Virus record (IMG/VR): IMGVR_UViG_3300005805_000042
Reading direction: 5' to 3' (one strand)
DNA length: 64,000 nucleotides
Origin: a virus
Shown: piece after piece, positions 45,951 through 54,830 of the stretch
Position numbering within the stretch: the first letter of the stretch is position 1
Layout: each line of letters begins with the position of its first letter
The notes under the pieces: model-generated
The model's input: the letters and a program-made list of their open reading frames with translations, nothing else
Databases searched by the model: none
Told to the model about the DNA's origin: nothing
Position numbers and translations under genes: made by a program

Positions 45951-46247
45951 ATGAAAGTTGCGGATTTAAAAAAACTTTGTGAGGTGAGAGATATCCAATG
46001 TAAAATGATTGTCAAGGATATGATAACCGCTCTAAAATTGGAAGAAGAAGGTAAATGGGTTTTTCACACCGAACAAGAAAAAAATAAAAAAGGGGGGTAT
46101 ATTATAAAAATAGATTACAGAAATAAAGAACATTTAATCAAAATGGGACAACTAATTGAAAAGGGATTGTCTCGTAGAATGAATATCTACTCAATGTTCA
46201 AAATTTGGTATAAAATGGAATCGGAATTTATTCAGTCACAAAATTGA
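45951..46247 (+). CDS. protein with N-terminal SAP/HeH-like motif
   Basis: MKVADLKKLCEVRDI. Confidence 0.5.
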   Translation: MKVADLKKLCEVRDIQCKMIVKDMITALKLEEEGKWVFHTEQEKNKKGGYIIKIDYRNKEHLIKMGQLIEKGLSRRMNIYSMFKIWYKMESEFIQSQN

Positions 46248-47175
46248 CATTTATTTCCAATTTTTCTTTTGCGGTTTTTGCGAATTTATAAGGTAAATTA
46301 CGGATGAGTACCTCCTCTAAAGTTTTACCCATTCTTTCTTCAAAATCCTGTACATTCGGCTTTTGCTTGGTCACAATTTTTCCATCAATATCTAAGAAAG
46401 CAACTTCCAAAACATCCAAATTAAAAATTATTTTATCGTTTTTTTCTATAGAATCCAAACGAATTTTGAATCTCACTTTATCAGTTGGATATCCAAATTG
46501 TCTCAAAGGATTCGAACCTGTTATAAAAATGTAATTACGACCTTCATATGAAGATTTTAAAAAATCATAAAAACCATCAAAAATTGAATCTTGAATTTTA
46601 TTGATGTCAACACCATTTCTGAGTTGGTTCATCTGTTGTGGTTCCAAAACATATCGATTATCACCCCAAATACGAGTCTGACCCATTTGTTTACTGGTGC
46701 TTTTAGAAAATGGTTCTGAAACTTGGTACCAAAATTTGTCCTTAAAAATATAAATGGGATACCATCCGTATGATGTTATCACAAATTGTTTTACACCCTT
46801 TGGGTCAGTTTCCCAAAACCCTTCGACATTATTTCCTTTAAAAGGTATTTTACCTTTTGCAAATGTTGACATTGTGTAATTGGCAATTTTGCCGGCTTTA
46901 ATGTCTGATAATGATTTTTCTTCGCCCTTTTTTATTTCCTCATATCTTCCATCGGGACGATAATTTAAAGAATAAAGATAATAGTAATACATCGAATCAC
47001 CCTTATCGTAACCTAAATAACCTAATACCTTTTTCAGATATTCAGTGATTTCCCCTTTGCTTTTAAGATTTTGTTTTTCTCTGTTTAAAAGGTTGAAAAT
47101 TTTAATTTCATCGATAGAAAATGCTCTCTCAGATGATTCTTCTAATAATATACTATACAATCTTAAACTTTTCAT
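46228..47175 (-). CDS. hypothetical protein
   Basis: 315 aa ORF. Confidence 0.7.
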   Translation of the reverse strand: MKSLRLYSILLEESSERAFSIDEIKIFNLLNREKQNLKSKGEITEYLKKVLGYLGYDKGDSMYYYYLYSLNYRPDGRYEEIKKGEEKSLSDIKAGKIANYTMSTFAKGKIPFKGNNVEGFWETDPKGVKQFVITSYGWYPIYIFKDKFWYQVSEPFSKSTSKQMGQTRIWGDNRYVLEPQQMNQLRNGVDINKIQDSIFDGFYDFLKSSYEGRNYIFITGSNPLRQFGYPTDKVRFKIRLDSIEKNDKIIFNLDVLEVAFLDIDGKIVTKQKPNVQDFEERMGKTLEEVLIRNLPYKFAKTAKEKLEINVNFVTE

Positions 47176-47597
47176 TCCACAACTTTAAATTCGGAAAACG
47201 CAATTTGCTTTTTCAACTTAAATTCATCAGGAATTGTTGCTTGTTTTTGAATCATCCGATGAATTTTTTCTGTTACTTCACCCATTTCATCTTGAACTTC
47301 AGAAGGGGTAGGAACCTCCGTCGATTGATATAATTCTGACAAGTAAATTAAATTATTAATTTTACCTTCTTTTTTTAAACGGCCATCCATCCAAGGCCTG
47401 ACACTCCAATTAGGATATTGTTCCATCACCTTAGAATTTGATATTGTAATTTCGGAAAAATATACCCAATCATATTTAATTTTGTCTTCTTCGAAATCAT
47501 CTGTCATTTTTATATCAAGGATAAAGGGGTATTTTTTTACCATCTCCCTAAACACAACTCTCATTTCAAGACTATTTTCTACCTCACTGCGTGTCAT
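47172..47597 (-). CDS. hypothetical protein
   Basis: 141 aa; upstream TATTTATA. Confidence 0.6.
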   Translation of the reverse strand: MTRSEVENSLEMRVVFREMVKKYPFILDIKMTDDFEEDKIKYDWVYFSEITISNSKVMEQYPNWSVRPWMDGRLKKEGKINNLIYLSELYQSTEVPTPSEVQDEMGEVTEKIHRMIQKQATIPDEFKLKKQIAFSEFKVVE

Positions 47598-47630
47598 ACT
47601 ATTCTATAAATACTTTATATTTATTTAAAT

Positions 47631-47921
47631 ATGGACTTTAAAGAGGCAATTGAAGAGGTTTTGGTGTACGAAGGTAGATTTTCTCCCGAGTACTCAAAAA
47701 ATCTTTCAAATTTAATTATGTCAGAATCCGAAAAACTCGGTATGGAGATTCCAACTTACAATTTAATATGGAGTATAATTCACAGAGAAACTTTAACTAA
47801 GAAAGACTTTGCCCAAGAACTTGCTGAATATATTATGGAACTTTACTACCGAGGTGGATACATCAACAAAGCAGAGAAAGAAATAGAAAGAATACTACAA
47901 GTTTTAAAACCCAAACAATAG
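47631..47921 (+). CDS. hypothetical protein
   Basis: 96 aa ORF. Confidence 0.55.
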   Translation: MDFKEAIEEVLVYEGRFSPEYSKNLSNLIMSESEKLGMEIPTYNLIWSIIHRETLTKKDFAQELAEYIMELYYRGGYINKAEKEIERILQVLKPKQ

Positions 47922-48656
47922 TTATTCTAAAGTTGGTATTTCACTTTTCCAAATAGCTCTTTGTACCAAATTATATTTTGGTTTTTGATTGTTGTAGTAA
48001 TATAATGCTAAACTTTTTCTATTAATTTCTTCTGGACATTGAAGTGGATGTGGGTGACCGTGAGGTGCTTTATCAATATTAAACATAACCACACGGTTGG
48101 ATATTGGGGAAATAAATTTTGCGGGACCCGACATGTTTTTCCACCAAAGTTCTAAGTCACCGTTCCAAGATTTATCCCAATAAGCATTTAAATAAACTAA
48201 AAGATTAAGATGACGATATAGGTCAGGTCGTACTTGGCTATCATTAAAATCGTGGTGTACTTCTAATCTACCACCCCTTCCAGTTTGGTGATAAGCGGCA
48301 TTTGCAAAACCTTCGGACTCATGTGTTAAGTTATTTAAACCAGAAATTTTACTAACAATTTGAAGAAACTCAGGAGAGTTTAAATATTTAATAACTTCTC
48401 TCATTGTTGGTAACATATTACCAAAGTCATAAATTTGTTTTTTATTTACTTGGTCATTGTGTTCATCATAATTTCCACCGCCAACAAACCTCCATAATTC
48501 ACTTGGATTCGAAGAAATAAACTCAACTTCATTCATTAATCTGTCAATAACATCTTCACGGAAAAAATCATCCATCACAATGTGGTTAAATGGAATATCA
48601 GTTTTAAAAGCCCGAGAGTATTCTTCGATGTTCCGATAAGTCTTATTACTTAACAT
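47922..48656 (-). CDS. 2OG-Fe(II) oxygenase (paralogue of 32653..33396)
   Basis: PFNHIVMDDF, VHHDFN, GDLELW, HGHP and RKSLALYYY. Confidence 0.9.
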   Translation of the reverse strand: MLSNKTYRNIEEYSRAFKTDIPFNHIVMDDFFREDVIDRLMNEVEFISSNPSELWRFVGGGNYDEHNDQVNKKQIYDFGNMLPTMREVIKYLNSPEFLQIVSKISGLNNLTHESEGFANAAYHQTGRGGRLEVHHDFNDSQVRPDLYRHLNLLVYLNAYWDKSWNGDLELWWKNMSGPAKFISPISNRVVMFNIDKAPHGHPHPLQCPEEINRKSLALYYYNNQKPKYNLVQRAIWKSEIPTLE

Positions 48657-48666
48657 ATTTTTTTAT

Positions 48667-49023
48667 TTAATAATAATCAACAAACCGAACGGGTAAATCG
48701 TATTTTTCATTTACCCAATCTTTAAAAATTTCTTCAATAAAATCTTCGTCGATTCCAAACATTTCCATCACACCTGTCATGACAGATGAAGGGACCCTAA
48801 TTATGGCTTCTTTTTTTGAATATTTCATTGGTGTTTTTCCAGCAGAATTAACAAAATAAATCATACTTTCTTGATTAGGTACCATAGTGAGTTTACCAAA
48901 TTTTATGTTAAGATACTCTTTTACTTTGTTAGAATATGACATGTTGGGTTTTGATGTATAGTCGCCCATCACCCTTTTCAGGGTGTTAATTAGTCTATTC
49001 TGTTCTATTATACCGTTATCCAA
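48667..49023 (-). CDS. hypothetical protein
   Basis: 118 aa ORF. Confidence 0.6.
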   Translation of the reverse strand: MDNGIIEQNRLINTLKRVMGDYTSKPNMSYSNKVKEYLNIKFGKLTMVPNQESMIYFVNSAGKTPMKYSKKEAIIRVPSSVMTGVMEMFGIDEDFIEEIFKDWVNEKYDLPVRFVDYY

Positions 49024-49260
49024 GTTAGTAATATCTTAACAATAAATATTTAACAAAAAAATAAAAGGGGGAGTAGCGAATTCCCCCTTTTTCGTTCCCA
49101 TAACAGAAACGGTCCTAGTCCCACTTAAGGGTCAATGTCTTGCTAAGTAACCCAAATAGAGTAAACCAAAAATAATTATGAAAACTCCAATCCAACCGAT
49201 TAAATTTTCCAACCATTTTTTCATATAGATAAATAGTTGTAAAAAATTTAATATTCTTTT

Positions 49261-49788
49261 CTATCTCCCGTAAGTTTTGAAAATTTCGATTTTAGTTTGT
49301 AGGGGTTTCGATGGTGTTACTTTAGGTTTTCTTGAATTTTGGAGATTGTTATAGACAATGTCAATGTGGTTCATATCAGTTCCACAACCTTGCAATGCCT
49401 CACGATATTCCTTAATAAAAAAATTATCAATCAAAGGGTCATCGGGTTTGATACTAAATTTTTTGGACACAGAGAGCCGAATAATTTCCAAGTCATCATT
49501 TTTTTTAAACAACCAATAAGGTATCCTAATCAAAAAATAACCTGGACGATTTTCATCGTGGGATAAAACCTTTATTTGACTTTTAGGTAATTTTATTTCT
49601 TTGACTCTTATAAAGTAATCCAAAGCACCATTGGCCCATTCATTACCTGATTTTTCTTTTTCTTGAACATTCAAAATAACAATCTGAGTCGATGTTTCAC
49701 TCTTTACATAATAATATGCATCGATGGTCTTGTCTTCAGGGTTATAAACCTTCTTGTAAAAGTTTTCCATACCCCAAAGATAAAACAA
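49261..49788 (-). CDS. hypothetical protein
   Basis: 175 aa ORF. Confidence 0.6.
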   Translation of the reverse strand: MFYLWGMENFYKKVYNPEDKTIDAYYYVKSETSTQIVILNVQEKEKSGNEWANGALDYFIRVKEIKLPKSQIKVLSHDENRPGYFLIRIPYWLFKKNDDLEIIRLSVSKKFSIKPDDPLIDNFFIKEYREALQGCGTDMNHIDIVYNNLQNSRKPKVTPSKPLQTKIEIFKTYGR

Positions 49789-50039
49789 AAATCTTGATGG
49801 AAATTATTTTTTAAAAAAATATTCACCCATATGTTTGATGAAAATCAAACCAACCTCAAACTCAGGATTTAATTTACGAATCCAAATTTCTTTAGAACCA
49901 TTATATGGTTTCAAAGTGATTTTTTTATCTGTTAGTTCTATAGTACCTTTTATATTTTCCATATTGAAATAATAAAACCATTTGGTGAAAAGTAAAAGTT
50001 GTTTTATATTTGTAGAACAAATTCTAATTAAAATTAAAA

Positions 50040-50177
50040 ATGGCAAAAATCTCATCCTCGAGTGGTAAGTTAGAAAAACCAAATGTTTCTCGTCCTGGCA
50101 TTCACGCTAAGACCAAAACCTCAAAGAGCAAGCGTTCTAAACTCTATAAAAAGGCTTATAGAGGTCAAGGACGATAA
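50040..50177 (+). CDS. 45-aa highly basic peptide ending YKKAYRGQGR (below the ORF-track cutoff)
   Basis: MAKISSSSGKLEKPNVSRPGIHAKTKTSKSKRSKLYKKAYRGQGR; own TATATTTG promoter at 50005 and downstream terminator. Confidence 0.75.
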   Translation: MAKISSSSGKLEKPNVSRPGIHAKTKTSKSKRSKLYKKAYRGQGR

Positions 50178-50185
50178 CTTCTCTC

Positions 50186-50219
50186 AACCCCCCCCCCTTT
50201 TCACGAAGGGGGTTTTTTA
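50186..50219 (+). terminator. intrinsic terminator
   Basis: C-run/G-run hairpin followed by TTTTTT. Confidence 0.6.
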
Positions 50220-50233
50220 TTATATTTGATACT

Positions 50234-51208
50234 ATGAACGGATATAAAAAAATGTTCCATAAGATTATGGAATTCAAACTCAAGGGTGCCGACACTTATT
50301 ATAACAATGGGTCCACTTGGATTATTTTGACCGACAAAAAACAGTGGGTCATAGAATTAACTAAAGATGGAACTCTTTGGTATAATTTTTATTTCTTTCA
50401 GTCGATTCTTACAGGATTGATGGGGTTTGAAGATACGGTCAAAAATCAGAATTATATCACCGAGTGGGTTGAGAATTTTATTAAAAATGGGGTAAAACGC
50501 ACCGATGGGTGCCAAATTGGAACTTCAACTTCTATTGAAGACGCCATTCAAAATGGGGTGAAACAAACCCAGTGGGGAACAAACCAACGGAAAAACCCAA
50601 TTGAAGACACCATTCAAAATGGGGTGAAACGCATCTTACCTGAATCAATTCCCGATTCATTTGGTATTAACGACGCCATTCAAAATGGGGTGAAAGAGAC
50701 CAAGCACAACACCTTCGAGAACGGTCTTGCCATGCAAGAGGTCATTCAAAATGGGGTAAAAAAAACTTTTGGACAAAAGATGAATCCGATTCTTGTTGGT
50801 GATATCATCAAAAATGGTATCAATGAAACTCACGACGACTCATACCATCATAAAGGAAGAGTAGAAGGGGTAATTAATAATGGTGTAAAAGAAACCAATC
50901 CACACTTTTTGGAAATACTTAACCCAATAAACTTTGAACCTGTTACAAAAGAATCGAAACGAATGAATGAGGTTAATATTGTTTTAGAAGGGGGTATTAA
51001 AGAAACTAAATATTGTGAGTTACATTCATTAATGAGGGCCGACCATATCATCAGAGATGGTATCAAGGAGACTTGGGGTTATGAGAAACAATCTCAGATG
51101 ATAGTAAACGAGGTTATAAATGTAGGAATCAAAGAAACAAATTGGAGAAAAGTAGATAATCATCCAACTTATGTTGATAATATAATAGACAAAAAAACTT
51201 TACTTTAA
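50234..51208 (+). CDS. tandem-repeat protein (about 22-aa repeat, I-x-N-G-V-K-E-T core with variable inserts)
   Basis: About 10 copies of [IV]xxGx[KN]xT. Confidence 0.75.
   Translation: MNGYKKMFHKIMEFKLKGADTYYNNGSTWIILTDKKQWVIELTKDGTLWYNFYFFQSILTGLMGFEDTVKNQNYITEWVENFIKNGVKRTDGCQIGTSTSIEDAIQNGVKQTQWGTNQRKNPIEDTIQNGVKRILPESIPDSFGINDAIQNGVKETKHNTFENGLAMQEVIQNGVKKTFGQKMNPILVGDIIKNGINETHDDSYHHKGRVEGVINNGVKETNPHFLEILNPINFEPVTKESKRMNEVNIVLEGGIKETKYCELHSLMRADHIIRDGIKETWGYEKQSQMIVNEVINVGIKETNWRKVDNHPTYVDNIIDKKTLL
50480..51140 (+). repeat. 66-nt period coding repeat GACGCCATTCAAAATGGGGTGAAA
   Basis: ATGG cores at 50487, 50553 and 50619, with further copies at the same spacing that degenerate toward the 3' end. 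Confidence 0.8.
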
Positions 51209-51661
51209 TTTTAAATTATAAAGTTCTTTACCCATTTTTCTACCACACTCAGGTACAAAAGTATGTTCGGAACCTGTTAAATCCAAATAGAAAAATTTAG
51301 GTAATTGGCACAAAGTTGAAATATCTTGGAAATCAACATATAAATCAATCAAAGCCATAGCTGATAGATTTTGAAATCTGTAAAACTCTCGGCCAATAAC
51401 CACAATGTCGTTGTAAGGACCACGGACTACCAAAGAATTTATATCATCCGGTAAATTTTGGAAGTACCCGTTAACACCCCCTTGATTGGAAACATAATTT
51501 CTTATTTCAGGATTTCTTAAATCTAAAAAAACATCTTTCGTGTTCAGTTCTAACCCCGGCACGTAATATTCTTTCATCATATTTTTATCACCCTGCTGAC
51601 CTTCGGTTATCTCGAATTCAACAATTTTATTAAACTGACTTTCAGATATTAAAATTTTCAC
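51200..51661 (-). CDS. putative virion protein with LRR-like C-terminus
   Basis: Leader MKILISESQFNKIVE; FQNLSAMAL and LPKFFYLDL. Confidence 0.55.
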   Translation of the reverse strand: MKILISESQFNKIVEFEITEGQQGDKNMMKEYYVPGLELNTKDVFLDLRNPEIRNYVSNQGGVNGYFQNLPDDINSLVVRGPYNDIVVIGREFYRFQNLSAMALIDLYVDFQDISTLCQLPKFFYLDLTGSEHTFVPECGRKMGKELYNLKLK

Positions 51662-51826
51662 TGGACAATTTATTAATTATTTTAGTATTAGATTCGATTC
51701 GTTTTGTCTCTTAACCATGGTTTTTCTGATTGAAGCTTTCGGTAAATTTTTTCTTGACAAATTATTCTAAGATATTAAATCTTATTCTTCTAGCTTGGTC
51801 CAAATCAATTACAACTTGCATAATAC

Positions 51827-53107
51827 TTAACTACCATAATAACTATTTATTATCCCAAGCTCCTCTAATATATCATATACTTCAGGTCTTTTGGATTTAA
51901 GACTTTCCTTGGTTGGGAAACCAATTAGAAAATCTCTGATTTTAGAAGTTGGTATTTTACCAATACTCCCTTTTGTTAGAATTGATTTGGTAGTTTTGAC
52001 TGGTTCAGTTACCCCGTAAACTTTATTAACTAATATTTTAAAACCTTGGGTTCCATAGATTTTTAACCCTAATTTTACAAAATCTTTTTCGTTTGCCAAT
52101 AAACTATCCCAATCCTTATATTTTGTGGCAATTTCTCTAATTTTACCTGTTGGTAATTCTTCTTTTGGTTCAGATACTTGTTTTTTTCTATTCAAACCTT
52201 TTGTTAGTTCGTAGAAACCATGACTGCCAAAATATTTTCTAATATTTTGTGCAACATCAGACCTTTGAGTAATAAAAATATCCAAATCTGTGTATTTCGA
52301 GATAATTTCTCTAGCATTTGTCACACTAAACTTCTCATTTTTTCTTTCAGCAACACCTCTCTTCAATCCACTCAATAAATCTCTAACAACATTCTTATCA
52401 AATGTTTTTTTAATATCGATGAGAAGTTTTGGATTTTCTTTTCTGAAGTCACCAAGATATTCGTAATTAGAAATTATTTTCTTGGCCTTTTCTAGTGAAA
52501 GAGGTTCTAATTTTAAAAACTTATTTTCAATATCGTTCATAAAATCGGTAAATTGTTCACCACCTAATTCCATACTTAAATCGGATAGTAATTTAACATT
52601 TTTCATTCTAAACTCATTGAACGATGAATAGTTTGATAAAATACTTTCAAGGTCTTGAAGTTTCAAATATGGATTTTCAGTTTGTTGTATTGTTTCAGGT
52701 TCGGTATCTTTGGTCGTAGATTGAGAAATTTTTCTACCCCTTGTGCCTCTTTCTAAACCTGATAACAACTCGTTTGTAACTTCTTTACCAAATTTCGAAT
52801 ATAATGTTGCGTATAAACTTGGATATTCAGATTTAAGTTCCTGTAAAGTTTTAAACTTAGAAATTATGTTTTTGTAGTAATCAATCCCTTTAGCTCTTTT
52901 TGCTTTTAATTTTTCAAGTACATCTTTCCTAGTTCTGAGAAGGTATTGATAAAGTCCTGGTTGAGATGAAATAATTGTTTTGATATCTGGGAATAACTCT
53001 TCCAAATAATCGGCAAGTTCGTCGTCCGACATTTCCATGGCAGCTTTAACATTTTGACTAGGGGGTCTCCCCTCAAAAATTAATTTGATATACTCACTAA
53101 AATTCAT
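51827..53107 (-). CDS. basic helical tandem-repeat protein
   Basis: About six repeats of the form I(I/L)S(K/N)Y...(E/D)F. Confidence 0.65.
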   Translation of the reverse strand: MNFSEYIKLIFEGRPPSQNVKAAMEMSDDELADYLEELFPDIKTIISSQPGLYQYLLRTRKDVLEKLKAKRAKGIDYYKNIISKFKTLQELKSEYPSLYATLYSKFGKEVTNELLSGLERGTRGRKISQSTTKDTEPETIQQTENPYLKLQDLESILSNYSSFNEFRMKNVKLLSDLSMELGGEQFTDFMNDIENKFLKLEPLSLEKAKKIISNYEYLGDFRKENPKLLIDIKKTFDKNVVRDLLSGLKRGVAERKNEKFSVTNAREIISKYTDLDIFITQRSDVAQNIRKYFGSHGFYELTKGLNRKKQVSEPKEELPTGKIREIATKYKDWDSLLANEKDFVKLGLKIYGTQGFKILVNKVYGVTEPVKTTKSILTKGSIGKIPTSKIRDFLIGFPTKESLKSKRPEVYDILEELGIINSYYGS

Positions 53108-53294
53108 TTCTCAGATTCTAATTTTTTTAATAACTCCAAGTTTTCGTTATTTATTTTATTTCTCTTCAAAACTGTTTTACGGCTTGTTGGTTTTGGTATA
53201 GACTTTTTAGATTTTGCCATATCAATAAATATTCCGTCATCAAATAAAAAAACCCCCTTGGTGTAGGGGGTTTTTTTTAATCAACATCATGTTA

Positions 53295-53684
53295 TTATAC
53301 TACATTATTAAATGACAATCCAATATTACCACCACGGATAATATCATCCCAAGTACAAACGGTTACCGCTCCATTAGAAATTTGAGTTTGGTTAAACTCA
53401 TTTTCTCCATTTACGAAAATATCCATACTAATTGTTTGGTTATTCAAATCTCCACGATTTACTATGACCCCATCTGTTGAGTTATAAACCAAAGTTCCAA
53501 CCATTACATTGTTGTCATTTTCATCTTTGAATGTAAGAGTCAAAGATAATGTCTTGATAATTTCTGTCCACTCTAAAACAGATAATGATTCAACCACAAA
53601 TGGGTCAAATTCCGCGTTTGCAATTTGAACAACAAAATCAGTGTTGTTCTCAATTCTTAAATTAATTCCCCAAATTTCTTCCAT
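53295..53684 (-). CDS. beta-rich hypothetical protein
   Basis: 129 aa ORF. Confidence 0.6.
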   Translation of the reverse strand: MEEIWGINLRIENNTDFVVQIANAEFDPFVVESLSVLEWTEIIKTLSLTLTFKDENDNNVMVGTLVYNSTDGVIVNRGDLNNQTISMDIFVNGENEFNQTQISNGAVTVCTWDDIIRGGNIGLSFNNVV

Positions 53685-53714
53685 TTCTAATCTTTTTTTA
53701 TAAATAGTTTTTTA

Positions 53715-54536
53715 TTAACTAAAATCTAATCCTGTATCTGCTACGGTTGTGTTAGATGTTGTGGTAGAAGTAGGAATGTTTGCAGTTCTTTGAACTCCTG
53801 ATGTTGGTTTTTGTGGTAATACACTTTGTAAACCTTTCGGTTGAGTACTTTGAGTTTTTTCTGCAGACTTTCTGAACATAGCAGCATAGGTATCTTTACC
53901 AACTAAACCATCAACTTTCAAACCAACTTTAGTCTGAAATTCTTTGACAGCTTTTAAAGTTTGTCCACCAAATTTTGAGTCAATCGGACCAACTTTAAAT
54001 CCCTCAGATTGTAATTTTTCTTGAACTTTTTTTACAAAGTCACCCCTCATACCATATCTCAAGAGTTGTTTTCCATCTCTAACTTCCTCTTCGGTAGGTG
54101 AAGGTTTCCATTGGAATGGTTTACCTAATTTCTGTTTACCATCTAACTCAACAAAACCTTCGGTGTCACACTTCCAAGTGCCGGTTTTTTTACCATTCTT
54201 ATCTTCTTTTGTGTAATTGCCTTTATCAAAAAAGCTGTAAAGCACTCCCGCAATATTATATTGTGTTGGTCTGGTACCAACAACTTTTTTTGATTCTAAT
54301 TTTTTGAGACAAGGAAATACAATTTTTCCTTGAGCGTTTCTAACTCCACCTCTTTGTTTGATTAATGTGTCAACAAAATTTTCTCGTTCGGATGATTTTT
54401 GATTTGGAATGTCACCAAAAATCGATGGTGTATTTGTCTGATTTGCGGTGTTTGTTTGAGAAAGCACCAATTGTTCCTGTAAAACTTTTTTTACAATTCT
54501 GAATAGGTCTGACTCGGTTAATTTGACAATTTTCAT
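53715..54536 (-). CDS. putative virion protein with peptidoglycan-binding domain
   Basis: Leader MKIVKLTESDLFRIVKKVLQEQ; LRYGMRGDFVKKVQEKL, DSKFGGQT, AVKEFQ and DGLVGKDT. Confidence 0.8.
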   Translation of the reverse strand: MKIVKLTESDLFRIVKKVLQEQLVLSQTNTANQTNTPSIFGDIPNQKSSERENFVDTLIKQRGGVRNAQGKIVFPCLKKLESKKVVGTRPTQYNIAGVLYSFFDKGNYTKEDKNGKKTGTWKCDTEGFVELDGKQKLGKPFQWKPSPTEEEVRDGKQLLRYGMRGDFVKKVQEKLQSEGFKVGPIDSKFGGQTLKAVKEFQTKVGLKVDGLVGKDTYAAMFRKSAEKTQSTQPKGLQSVLPQKPTSGVQRTANIPTSTTTSNTTVADTGLDFS

Positions 54537-54537
54537 G

Positions 54538-54825
54538 TTAAACCTTTTTTGTTGATGGTAAATGTTTATAAGAAGAATATTCAAATGTTCCTTCAGGAAG
54601 AGTTACTTTGAGTTTTTTATCGTTTGTAATTTGAACCGTTGTTTTATACACACCGGGTTTAGGGTCCACAACTTTATTTTTTGGTTCAATATTCATTTGT
54701 TTTAAAGCAGCATTTCCAATTGCTCCCAAACGAGATTGCTCTTCCAAATTTTGATTTTCTTCTTCCAAGGATTCTATTATTTTGGAAAATTGATTCTCAG
54801 ATATTTTCAATGCAGTTTTTTTCAT
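54538..54825 (-). CDS. putative virion protein with leader MKKTALKISENQFSKIIE
   Basis: 95 aa ORF. Confidence 0.55.
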   Translation of the reverse strand: MKKTALKISENQFSKIIESLEEENQNLEEQSRLGAIGNAALKQMNIEPKNKVVDPKPGVYKTTVQITNDKKLKVTLPEGTFEYSSYKHLPSTKKV

Positions 54826-54830
54826 AATGA

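Noticed and set aside
45915-46015. Overlapping short antisense ORFs throughout the track (e.g. 45791..46015, 34564..34932, 10005..10301)
   Set aside because: They lie opposite well-supported genes and have no motifs or start context.
49063-49090. tmRNA end (GGGGG...TTCG...CCCCC)
   Set aside because: It is a short local hairpin with a U-tract; there is no tag ORF, pseudoknots or distant 3' tRNA-like half.
50480-50800. CRISPR array (about 27-nt repeat and 39-nt spacer)
   Set aside because: It lies wholly inside an open 324-aa frame, the period is an exact multiple of 3, later repeats conserve amino acids while changing codons, and no cas genes are in the window.
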